Source of the DNA: Promethearchaeum syntrophicum
GTDB lineage: Archaea; Asgardarchaeota; Lokiarchaeia; Sigyniarchaeales; Promethearchaeaceae
Length of the DNA: 32,000 nt
Direction of reading: 5' to 3'
Assembly (NCBI RefSeq): GCF_008000775.2
Contig: NZ_CP042905.2
Coordinates: forward strand, 90,001-122,000
How positions within the stretch are numbered: position 1 is the first letter of the stretch; every line of letters begins with the position of its first letter. This document shows positions 1 to 9,437 of the stretch, piece after piece. The position numbers and the translations under genes were made by a program. The notes below the pieces were generated by a model. The model saw nothing but the letters and a program-made list of their open reading frames with translations, did not search any database and had not been told where the DNA came from.

Positions 1-286
1 TTTGATTTTCAATGGTTAAATACTCAAGATTGGTCAAATTTCCGATGTTTTCGGGTAACTTATCGATTCTGTTAAAATTATTTTTTAAGTGTCCTCTAAT
101 ACCTAGTGCAACAATGTTATAATCAACAACTCTATAACTCGCAGGTTTTCCTATGAGATGTTCAAGTTCGATAAGGACTTCTACATTGCTTTTAACCAAT
201 GCTTGCCCGTTGTAGTTCATGAGTTCTTCGGATTGGTTTCGATGAATTTTAAGGACAGCGTTCTTTTCTTTGTTCTCCATTCTCAT
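1..286 (-). CDS. Leucine-rich repeat protein, N-terminal part, truncated by window edge
   Basis: Reverse-strand translation MRMENKEKNAVLKIHRNQSEELMNYNGQALVKSNVEVLIELEHLIGKPASYRVVDYNIVALGIRGHLKNNFNRIDKLPENIGNLTNLEYLTIENQ runs open to the edge and enters LRR units of the same 'LPENIGNL' type as the gene at 1140. Not in the supplied ORF track. Confidence 0.8.
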   Translation of the reverse strand, partial: MRMENKEKNAVLKIHRNQSEELMNYNGQALVKSNVEVLIELEHLIGKPASYRVVDYNIVALGIRGHLKNNFNRIDKLPENIGNLTNLEYLTIENQ

Positions 287-503
287 TTCACGAATTGGTA
301 TGTATTTTTGGACCTTTTACTTTATCATTATATAATATATGGGATTCGGGTTAAAATATTTAACGGATCGACAATTTATCGTGTGAAAATTGTGCGTCCC
401 AGTTAATCGGATGTTTTTACCTTAGGTAACTAAAAGTAAAAAAAGAACGAAAAAAATAAAAATATCGAAAAAATAAAAAAAATTATAGAAAAAAAAAGAC
501 GGA

Positions 504-800
504 TTATGGTGTATATTCGTGATTGCTGTTTCCTTGAACGAAATTAGTTCCATATTCAGAAATAAATATACTATTTACTGAAAAAAAGTTGCCACCGTTT
601 TCATATTTAGATCCCAAGTGCCCGACCATTAGATAATGGAGCATTGCGTTTACAATGAAAACGCCTGAGAGTATCCTATGTGTCTCAATGTCATAAAGTT
701 CCAAGTTGGATTCATAAGCGTTTTCGTAATAGTACCAGTATCCTTGTGTGTCGGCAACAAATAAGTTGGGGTGAGATGTTAGAATATTGACAGACATCAC
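504..800 (-). CDS. Hypothetical protein, possibly the 3' remnant of a gene; the apparent start lies inside a dispersed repeat
   Basis: 98-aa ORF with globular-looking composition (NLFVADTQGYWYYYENAYESNLELYDIETHRILSG...). The first codons overlap repeat copy 1 (788-913). Confidence 0.35.
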   Translation of the reverse strand: MMSVNILTSHPNLFVADTQGYWYYYENAYESNLELYDIETHRILSGVFIVNAMLHYLMVGHLGSKYENGGNFFSVNSIFISEYGTNFVQGNSNHEYTP

Positions 801-913
801 ATGAACAGAAACAGATTTGAAGAAATTGTAGGTTTGATATAGATAGGGGTAGTAGAAAGATATTGAAGTAATGTTGGTACGGTTTGTAGAGCAAGGCTTT
901 GTCGTGGGCTTTT
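788..913 (+). repeat. Dispersed ~125-nt intergenic repeat, copy 1 of 4
   Basis: TTGACAGACATCACATGAACAGAAACAG...GAAGAAATTGTAGGTTTGATATAG...AGAAAGATATTGAAGTAATGTTGGTACGGTTTGTAGAGCAAGGCTTTGTCGTGGGCTTTT, matching copies at 15914, 18199 and 19300. Confidence 0.9.
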
Positions 914-1092
914 AACTTCTTTATTTAATTTAAATATTTATATTGTTAATTTGAGTAATATTTGTTAAATTTTAATTACAGTCTTTTTTCTCTCTACATT
1001 TAATTTTTACTTTCAGTGACCTAAGGTAAATCTTTTTGATCGCCAAATTTTTTAGCAATAAATCGCCGATTCGTTAAATTTAATTACTCAAA

Positions 1093-1102
1093 CTTTATAT
1101 AA
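1093..1102 (+). promoter_or_regulatory. Putative TATA box upstream of the LRR gene
   Basis: ACTTTATATAATATA about 40 nt upstream of the ATG at 1140, plus an AAGGA Shine-Dalgarno immediately before the start. Confidence 0.45.
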
Positions 1103-1139
1103 TATACGGAGACAAAAATTAGTAAATGGGATTCAAGGA

Positions 1140-2912
1140 ATGAAAAAACGCACTAAAAAATCTTCTGTAAAAACAACTAGACATCAAAGAAATCCCGTAA
1201 AATACCCAGGTATAGTAATAAAAAATGGACATTTGACGATTCTCCCCGAGAATATCAAAAATCTGAAATTTCTCGAAATTATGAATTTAAGTAATAAACG
1301 GTTAACATCACTCCCAGAAAATATCGGAGATCTAAGATCTCTAAAAAATTTAGATTTATCAGATAATCAGTTAACAAAACTCCCGGAAAGCATCGGAAAT
1401 CTAACATCTCTAAAAATTTTAGATTTATCAGATAACCAGATAACAAAACTCCCGGAAAGCATCGGAAATCTAACATCTCTAAAAATTTTAGATTTATCAG
1501 ATAACCAGATAACAAAACTCCCAGAAAGCATTGGAAATTTGAAATCACTTGAAAAGTTGAATTTACGAGGTTTTCAGATACCGACACTTCCGTATGAGAT
1601 TGAAAATCTGAAAATATCCGAAATGATAAATTTAAGACACAAATGGTTAATATCGCTCCCAGAAAGCATCGGAAATCTAACATCTCTAAAAAATTTAGAT
1701 TTATCTTATAATCAATTAACCAAACTCCCAGAAAGCATCGGAAACCTGAAATCACTTGAAAAGTTGAATTTATATGCTAATCGAATAAAAACACTACCGG
1801 AAAGTATTGGAAATCTATCTTCTCTAAGAGATTTAAATTTATCACTCTTATTTTTTAATTCACTACCGAAAAGCTTAGGAAATTTGAAATTACTCGAAAA
1901 TTTGGAATTATCATCTAATGTATTACCTTTTCTTCCAGAGGAGATCGGAAATCTAACATCTTTACAAAGTTTAGATTTAACATCTAATCAGTTAACAACC
2001 CTCCCAGAGAGTTTCGGTAATCTAACATCATTACAAAATTTAAATTTAATATTTAATCATATAATATCTCTCCCGGAAAGTATTGGAAATCTTAATTCGC
2101 TCCAAAATATGAATTTAGGGGTAAATAAGTTGACTTCTCTCCCGGAAAGTATTGGAAATCTGAAATCACTTAAAAAATTGGAATTAGCAGAAAATAGGTT
2201 GACTTCTCTCCCAGAAAGTATTGGAAATCTTGGATCTCTAACCTATCTTGGATTATCACAAAATCAACTCACTTCACTCCCAGAAAGCATTGGAAATCTA
2301 ACATCTCTAGATTATATTGTATTATCACAGAATCAACTGACTTTACTCCCGGAAAGCATTGGCAATCTAACATCTCTAAATTATTTTGAATTATCCCAAA
2401 ATCAACTAACTTCACTCCCAGAAAGCATTGGCAATCTAACATCTCTAAAAATTTTGGATTTAAACAATAATCAGTTAAATTTTCTTCCTGAAAGTATAGT
2501 TAAATTTGAAGCGCTCTAATATTTATATTTATCAAAAAATCAGATAACTTCTCTACCGAATAGATTCAATAATCTAAGAATACTCAAAAAACTTAGTTTG
2601 GAAGAAAATCCAATAGAAACATTATCAAACATATCCATAGATGCTTTGAAATATATTAAAATTTCCGCAGGGTGTTTAACGAAGAAAGGAGGATATTTAT
2701 ATCAACACAGTATATTTGGGAAATTAGCTGAATATTATAAAAAAACTTGTAAATCACTAGCACTACAATATATTTCAGACCCAAAATCTCTTACAGAAGA
2801 TGAACTGGAGAGATTAATTCATGAATCAGGCAGATATGAAGAAATACTTTTTGAAAGTCGATTATCTCTTGAAGATCCGATATTCGTAAAAATAAGGAAA
2901 CGGATTTTTTGA
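1140..2912 (+). pseudogene. Leucine-rich repeat protein interrupted by one in-frame TAA (2517-2519)
   Basis: ORFs 1140-2519 and 2598-2912 are in the same frame. Codons right after the TAA read YLYLSKNQITSLPNRFNNLRILKKLSLEENPIETLS, continuing the 23-aa LRR register, then a ~85-aa C-terminal region ending DPIFVKIRKRIF. Confidence 0.8.
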
Positions 2913-3200
2913 GAACTTTCCTGTGGATTGAAGATATGCTTTTAATTTTTTATATCAAATGTCATTTTATTTTTAACCTACTAAGTGGTTAGTTGGTTTA
3001 AAATAACTTATAATAATAACAAAATTCCTTCCTTAGAGATCAGTTTTTGAATTAGTGAAAAATAGTAGTTAGTTAAATTCTATAAAAAATCTAATAAAAA
3101 TATTTGAAATATGTATAGCCCCCAACTGAAAATTTAACTTCAACAAGAGAAAAAAATATCATCTGTCTTTTTAAGTGAGAAAAAATAAAAATTCATTGTA

Positions 3201-3734
3201 ATGGGATCGTACTGTCCAATTTGCGACAAAAATTTCAAACGTGATGGATATGCCAAAAGTGTTTCGCATATAGAAAGTCAGGCACATCAAACGGCACTCC
3301 TAAAAAGTAGAAGAACTGGAAAAAGTGAAAATACGCAAATAATATCTCAAAGCTCGACAAAACCTTTTCAGAAAAACAAGATTGCACTTTTTGGGAAAAC
3401 TCAAGATTCTACGAATTTAGAAAAGCGAGTTAAAGAATTGGAAAAACAAGTGGAATTTTTGCTAACAAAATATAGGATTATTGTTAAGAAACTTTCAAAA
3501 AATAATCAGTATGTCAATATGGATAAGCTTAAAGCAAAAATCTACAAAATTATCTCCAATAAAAGGCATATAACCTCTGATCAGCTTCTAGAAAACCGAC
3601 ATCTCAATAATTATTCATTTGAATCAATTGAAGAAGCAGTGCTTGAATTATCAGCTGATGCTATTATTGATTTAGGTGAAGGACCGTCAAAACGCAAATT
3701 CAAAAATCAATATGGTTTAATGGTTCTCCGATGA
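3201..3734 (+). CDS. C2H2-like zinc finger, coiled coil and C-terminal winged-helix-like protein
   Basis: CPICDKNFKRDGYAKSVSHIESQAH gives a Cys2/His2 arrangement; LEKRVKELEKQVEFLL is coiled coil; the C-terminal helix-rich region could be wHTH. 44 nt upstream of the ATPase gene. Confidence 0.6.
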   Translation: MGSYCPICDKNFKRDGYAKSVSHIESQAHQTALLKSRRTGKSENTQIISQSSTKPFQKNKIALFGKTQDSTNLEKRVKELEKQVEFLLTKYRIIVKKLSKNNQYVNMDKLKAKIYKIISNKRHITSDQLLENRHLNNYSFESIEEAVLELSADAIIDLGEGPSKRKFKNQYGLMVLR

Positions 3735-3778
3735 TCCCTTGATCTTACTAAATCTTGTGTAAATGGTGTGTTATATAA

Positions 3779-6328
3779 ATGATTCGTGTATTAAACAATA
3801 ATAAATATAGAGAAGCACTTAGATATTTTAGAAAATTTACACAAAGCCCTTTTATAAGCAGTTCCTATTACGATGGGTATAAATTTGAAGATTTTGTTGG
3901 TCGTGGAGAGGAACTGGATCTTTTCAAGCAAAGAATTTTTGAAATTGTCGATAAAGGAACCAGTTATGCCATTAGATTAAATGGATTTGGTGGAGTTGGA
4001 AAATCGACTCTATTTAACTATCTTAAAAAACGAATAGAAGATGAAAGAGCGAATAATCCCAAAATTTGCGAGTTTCTGGGGCCATCTCATAACATTTTTT
4101 CTCTTTATTTTAAAGATATCGGAAAAATCTCCGATTTTGGGGATATTTTCCGAAAAATTCAAAATGCTTTCGCTCCTCATTTTGATGCAGAATTAGGTCA
4201 TGAAATTTCATTTGTTGAATATGTAGCCTATTGCATGGTGTTTGCTTTAGTAAAAAAGTATCCTGAAAAAATAGTTCATCGTATTTTTGGGAAAAAAAGA
4301 ACAGTTTTCAATCCGTCTACTATAAAATTACCTGATTTAATAGAAAAAATAAAAAATTTAGAAGAAAAATACATTTTGGAGATATCTGAAATTGTAAACG
4401 AGAATGTTAAAGAAATTATTAATGATTTTAAATATCAAACTAATTCCAAATCTTATAAAATAAACAGAAGAGATTTACCTTTATTACGAGGTCTTAGTCA
4501 AATATTTTCATATAATAATGATTATTATGATAAAGTGATGAGGTGTGATCCTTCCCTCTTTCGCTCAGACAATGAAATAATTGATTATTTTAATTCATTA
4601 TTAAGACTTTACAGTTGTTTCACACAACGTCAACCTATTCTTTTAATAGGAATGGATGAATTTGCCAAGTCACCTGAGATAGAAAAAAGAATTTATTATA
4701 AATCATTAGCAAAACTATTAGTAAAACTCCGGAATAGCTTGGATTACACGCTTTTTGTCTTTATCTCAACAAAAAAAGATTGGAACTCATTTGATCAAGA
4801 ATTACTAGAAGATACAGACCTACTAAGCCAAATTTCTGCATATATGGAAGAAATATCTCTAGTTTCCTTAGAAACTGATGAATTAATTAAAGTTTTTGAA
4901 AAAAGAATGGACCTCTACTGGAAAAAAGGTAGACATAATCGGCCAATAAAATATCCATCGTATCCCTTTTCAAAGGAGTTATTCCGATATGTTTATTTTC
5001 TACATGAACGTGATATGCGGGAATCAATAAAATTTTTAGATAGATTATGGCGAAAATTACAAAGATCTCCAGATATACCTGATTTCCATAATCTTTATGA
5101 TGTTCTTAGATTTGCACGTAGCTCTAAATTCTCCGGACTTGAACTTTCGAAGATCGAGGCGTTTGAACTTAAACTTGTAGGAGATTTTTTTAGTAAATCA
5201 CAAATTTATGCTAATAATAAAAAAAGATCTTCCATCGTGGAGGAAGGTTTAACCCAAGCATTTTTATCACTTAAAACTAAAACTTTTTTTGATGAATTAA
5301 GTTTTGTTCATAATAATTACACTTTTTATATTCAATCTAAAGATGGAACGCAACATAGAAGACTACCTGATGTCCTTTTGACCTTTAATGAAGATATGGG
5401 ACCATCTATGAAACGTTATGTTGAAATTCAAGTAAAGGTATATACTCCTGAAAAACATGTAGAGTTGGATCATATTGAGTCTTCAATAGATTTACTTTCC
5501 AACGGTTGTACGGATGCAGTTCTATTTTTAATGACTGGAGCAGGTTTTAGTCATAAAGCAAAAGAAGCGATTGAGGAACACTTAAAGATTTTTCCAAACA
5601 GAATCAAAATATTTATTGTGTCAACAGAGAGGATAAATGTATTATATTTTCTAGCTTTATTTAATGAAATATATGGAAAGAACTTTCAAGATTATGAAAA
5701 CGGTTCTGAAATTGCTTTATTTCTGCTTGAAAAAATTTTTAGATGTGATATTTCTGATTTATTTCAAGAATTATTGGCACTCCCTCCTTGGGAAATACCG
5801 GTTGATTCTGATCATAAAACAGAGAACTATCGTCCTCCACCCACATTAGCAGAATCACCACCTATTATTCCAAAAATAAGAAAATCTCCAGAATCTTTAC
5901 AGAAAACACCAGTTCAGATTAATTCTTATTTTAGTTCAAATTCTGCTTCTGGTTCAAATCTTAGTCAAGAAGTCACTGATGAGGAAAAAAATGAAATTGA
6001 TACCCAATCTCCTGAAGAAGCTAAATTATCAGAATTTCCGTTCCATTGGCAGAAATTACCTCTTCTTGATTATGTTGACTATCAAGGTGAGCTTATAGCT
6101 CTAGTGGATTATGCTTGGAACCGTCGTCCTAGTTCTCTTTATAAATTTACGAAAACTACCTTTCGAAAAAACTTCTTGAACGATAATGCAGCACTAGGTG
6201 TGAATGAATTTAATGAACTAGTTGATAGGATGATGAGAACAGGTTATTTAAAAAAGGAAAAAACTACATATATCTTTACTCCCGAGGGAAAATTGTTTGT
6301 TCGAGATATAGTAGCAAATCTAGGTTGA
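3779..6328 (+). CDS. P-loop ATPase (Orc/STAND/archaeal-ATPase-like) with internal PD-(D/E)XK-like nuclease domain and C-terminal winged-helix-like region
   Basis: VGRGEELDLFKQRI...RLNGFGGVGKSTL (Walker A), PILLIGMDEF (Walker B), FVFISTKKDW (sensor-like), then RRLPDVLLTF(...)RYVEIQVKVYTP (PD...ExQxK), then SEFPFHWQKLP...FVRDIVANLG. Confidence 0.75.
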   Translation: MIRVLNNNKYREALRYFRKFTQSPFISSSYYDGYKFEDFVGRGEELDLFKQRIFEIVDKGTSYAIRLNGFGGVGKSTLFNYLKKRIEDERANNPKICEFLGPSHNIFSLYFKDIGKISDFGDIFRKIQNAFAPHFDAELGHEISFVEYVAYCMVFALVKKYPEKIVHRIFGKKRTVFNPSTIKLPDLIEKIKNLEEKYILEISEIVNENVKEIINDFKYQTNSKSYKINRRDLPLLRGLSQIFSYNNDYYDKVMRCDPSLFRSDNEIIDYFNSLLRLYSCFTQRQPILLIGMDEFAKSPEIEKRIYYKSLAKLLVKLRNSLDYTLFVFISTKKDWNSFDQELLEDTDLLSQISAYMEEISLVSLETDELIKVFEKRMDLYWKKGRHNRPIKYPSYPFSKELFRYVYFLHERDMRESIKFLDRLWRKLQRSPDIPDFHNLYDVLRFARSSKFSGLELSKIEAFELKLVGDFFSKSQIYANNKKRSSIVEEGLTQAFLSLKTKTFFDELSFVHNNYTFYIQSKDGTQHRRLPDVLLTFNEDMGPSMKRYVEIQVKVYTPEKHVELDHIESSIDLLSNGCTDAVLFLMTGAGFSHKAKEAIEEHLKIFPNRIKIFIVSTERINVLYFLALFNEIYGKNFQDYENGSEIALFLLEKIFRCDISDLFQELLALPPWEIPVDSDHKTENYRPPPTLAESPPIIPKIRKSPESLQKTPVQINSYFSSNSASGSNLSQEVTDEEKNEIDTQSPEEAKLSEFPFHWQKLPLLDYVDYQGELIALVDYAWNRRPSSLYKFTKTTFRKNFLNDNAALGVNEFNELVDRMMRTGYLKKEKTTYIFTPEGKLFVRDIVANLG

Positions 6329-6926
6329 TTATTCACCAACTTTGATATAATAATAGGGATAGATTCGTTGATCTGGATTAGAATTATATTTATCATTTTC
6401 AGGAGTCACTTTTGTTCACACATAAAAAACCCGTATATTCTTTTCACATTTCCAGTAAATATCAGGATATGAGCATAATTCGAGTTTCATGATTAACTGA
6501 TGCAAATTGTTCAATTAAAATTAATTATTAAAATATGAAATTGAAAACAAAGAAATCATGAAATCTCAGCTTCGACAAAAATTTAAATTTCCCCTACTTT
6601 CAAATCGAAGCTATTAAATAATCTAACAAAAGCACTTCATTACTTAAATGAATTCAATCCTCTCCATGAGATCAGAATTCTCTCTTTTTTGTCGTAATAT
6701 ATAAATATCCTTTGAGAGACTTTTTTCAATAATTATTTTTATTGGAATCTCAAAAAAATATTTAATTAATTCAGTTTTTACCTAAATTCTAAAAAATTAT
6801 TAACCAAAAGCTAGCAAGCAATTCGCAAAATTTAAATGCTTAAAAATGATATTCAAAATAATTTTGTAAGAAAAATATAAAAAAAGATATTTTATACAAG
6901 AAAGCAGTTATGAGGAGATAAAAATA

Positions 6927-9143
6927 GTGCAAAAAACTCTAATACCATTAAATGTTTCAAATGAACCTTTGAATTTCTACATCAGCCAAGTAAAAAAACC
7001 TTCAATTAGACCCAGACAAATTTTCAAAGCAGATGAAAAGAAAAAAATTAATAAAATCTCTCAAAAAATTATTCAAAGCTGTAAAACTTCTCCTCTCTCA
7101 AATCTAAGAATGCAAACAAACCGTGTAACTTGGATTAAAAAAATTTTTAAAATATATCCAAAATTAAAAATACCTGAAATTAATTATCTCTTAAATGATT
7201 TTTCTCAACCCATGTTTACAGCAATGAGAAAAAAAGACAGGTATAATATACTAATTTCTAAAAAGAATTGGGTAATATTATGTCATACTCTTCAAGGAGA
7301 AAAAACGATAACACCTAATATAAAAACTGTTGATAGATTAATGGATGTTGACAATATTAGAAAGGTTATTGCATTTGAAAATGCAAAAAGTGGAATTATT
7401 GTTCATTATGTAGAGGATTTTCCAACCAAATTTATCACTGATTATTTAGGTTTATCAGATTCAAAAACATTTTCCTATCTTGGTGGGAAAAACCGTATAG
7501 TGACCAATGTCCATGGAATCTCGATTTCTTTTAATTTTACTGATGAAAAATTTATTGACTTCCTACAAGAAGAAGAAATTTTTTCTTTTAAAAACAATAA
7601 GTTATGTTTTAAAAATCCAATAACCCAATTCCCGATTACTAATATATGGGTAGGGAAAAAACATTTTTCCAAATTCAACAATTTCTATCAAGATTTTAAA
7701 ACTAGAAACTTAGAATTACAGTTTTATATTTCAGAGTATAAAAAAATTTCAAGAATGTTAGAATTACCCAATTACCCAATATATGACGATAAGGATTGTA
7801 TATTAAGAAATGATAAAAAATTATTAGAAAAATCAAATTCTGACTTCGACATTATATTTTGTAATCAAAAAATATTATTAAGAGCCAGTTATTGTGAATT
7901 TATTGTTGAAAAGATCGATAATCACGAAAAAATCAAATTATTCCATGCTGGAACAAAACTCTCAATTGAACCATTAAAAATTGGCACAATTGAAATATAT
8001 AACTCATTTAGAACAACAAAATCACTGGAATTAATCCAAATCTTTAATAAGGGTTTTACTTCAGATTCATTTGAATTGATTCTTTTTGCAATTTTTACTC
8101 TAATGGCACATGAAAATTATAGGAGACCAATCAGTTATTTATTTATAGATTTGGCAAAAAATTTAATCCAAAAAGAAAATTTTCAAAAAAATTTCTCAAA
8201 AATATTTGATTTCGAAACTCCGTATCCAAAATTGAGTAAGATTTATAGAGAAATGTTACAATTAGATATAGGTTCTAATATTCGAGATTTATTTCCTAAA
8301 ATAGAAATTAATGAAAATCTTGAATTTATTGACCAAGATGATTATAATTATTTAAAGAATAAGTTTAAAGGATGTATAAGAAAAGCTCAAATAAATAAAT
8401 GGTTAAATAATTTCCAATTAGAAGAAATTCCTTATATGTTAAAACTTCTAAAACAATTTACTATAATTAACAATCAGGAATTAAAGGAAAGACTTGAAAA
8501 AATACATAAAAAAATGTTAGAAACTTGTAGTGGTTCTTTAAAAGATACAATTTTCTTCAATTTTGGAGAAGAAGGTAAAAGTGCTAATCTAATTCAATAT
8601 CATTATAGTAAATCGAATTCTATTCCTAATTCAATAAATTTTATTGACATTACAAAAATTACGGATTTTGATATTTATGATGGTAAAAACTTCTTCTATG
8701 TGGATGATATTTTAGGTTCGGGTGATCAGTTTATAAAAAATTGGAATAAATTTGAAAATAAACTCAAATCTTCAACAGAAAAACAAGAATTTGAGAAATT
8801 TCTATTAAAAAACTCATTTTATTATTCATCAATAATTATTCAAGAAGAAGCTAAAAAGAAAATTGAAGAAGATACGCCTTTTAAAACAATTATAACTAAA
8901 GAAAATTTATTAAAAAAGCAAGATATCCCCTTTGAAAATCTCGATGGACTATTTTCTAAAGAAGAAGTGTCAGAAATTTTAAATATAAGCACAAAGTATG
9001 GAAAGAAATTAAATAAAACTGCTCCTTTGGGATATGGTAACTTAAAATTATTAATTGCTTTTGAACATAATTTTCCAAATAACACACTTCCTATATTTTG
9101 GATGAAGAATTCTTATTGGAAACCATTAATAGAACGAAATTAA
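6927..9143 (+). CDS. Large protein with C-terminal phosphoribosyltransferase-like (PRTase-CE-like) domain
   Basis: FFYVDDILGSGDQFIKNW resembles the PRPP-loop motif of type I PRTases. The tail NKTAPLGYGNLKLLIAFEHNFPNNTLPIFWMKNSYWKPLIER resembles PRTase-CE conflict-system effectors. The N-terminal ~580 aa are unassigned. Confidence 0.6.
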   Translation: MQKTLIPLNVSNEPLNFYISQVKKPSIRPRQIFKADEKKKINKISQKIIQSCKTSPLSNLRMQTNRVTWIKKIFKIYPKLKIPEINYLLNDFSQPMFTAMRKKDRYNILISKKNWVILCHTLQGEKTITPNIKTVDRLMDVDNIRKVIAFENAKSGIIVHYVEDFPTKFITDYLGLSDSKTFSYLGGKNRIVTNVHGISISFNFTDEKFIDFLQEEEIFSFKNNKLCFKNPITQFPITNIWVGKKHFSKFNNFYQDFKTRNLELQFYISEYKKISRMLELPNYPIYDDKDCILRNDKKLLEKSNSDFDIIFCNQKILLRASYCEFIVEKIDNHEKIKLFHAGTKLSIEPLKIGTIEIYNSFRTTKSLELIQIFNKGFTSDSFELILFAIFTLMAHENYRRPISYLFIDLAKNLIQKENFQKNFSKIFDFETPYPKLSKIYREMLQLDIGSNIRDLFPKIEINENLEFIDQDDYNYLKNKFKGCIRKAQINKWLNNFQLEEIPYMLKLLKQFTIINNQELKERLEKIHKKMLETCSGSLKDTIFFNFGEEGKSANLIQYHYSKSNSIPNSINFIDITKITDFDIYDGKNFFYVDDILGSGDQFIKNWNKFENKLKSSTEKQEFEKFLLKNSFYYSSIIIQEEAKKKIEEDTPFKTIITKENLLKKQDIPFENLDGLFSKEEVSEILNISTKYGKKLNKTAPLGYGNLKLLIAFEHNFPNNTLPIFWMKNSYWKPLIERN

Positions 9144-9437
9144 ACATGATTTATCAAATAACTTTCCTTACTTCTTCGGTTCGTAATCTCTGTAAATCCT
9201 CCGTTTCTGGTATTAATTGACATTCACACTATGAAATTTTGCAGGGAAGTTTAAGTTACAAAAATAAATAAATAATTTTATTTTAAAATCTTGATCCATA
9301 TTGTTTTAGATCTCATTAATTGATCAATTTTAATCAAAAGAAACCACAAAAAGATTCATAATATCAAGTTGAAGAAAAATTGTAGCCGATTATAAAACAA
9401 TCAGACATTTTTAATATGTAAGAATCCTTCTTTCTTT

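Noticed and set aside
712-894. Minus-strand ORF sharing 'KPYQHY' with ORF 18167-18355
   Set aside because: The shared peptide is the translation of the dispersed repeat; non-triplet indels between copies argue against a conserved protein.
1279-1755. 158-aa minus-strand ORF opposite the LRR gene
   Set aside because: Antisense to a periodic LRR array; its own repeats (NFLEMLDFRCFLG) merely mirror the 69-nt LRR periodicity.
1140-2600. Regular direct repeats resembling an array (CRISPR-like spacing)
   Set aside because: 69-nt units are wholly coding LRR modules with codon-level conservation; no unique spacers between fixed repeats.
6329-6926. ~600-nt intergenic gap considered for a ncRNA or tRNA
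   Set aside because: AT-rich without a convincing cloverleaf, long stem, or repeat-family match that I could see by eye.
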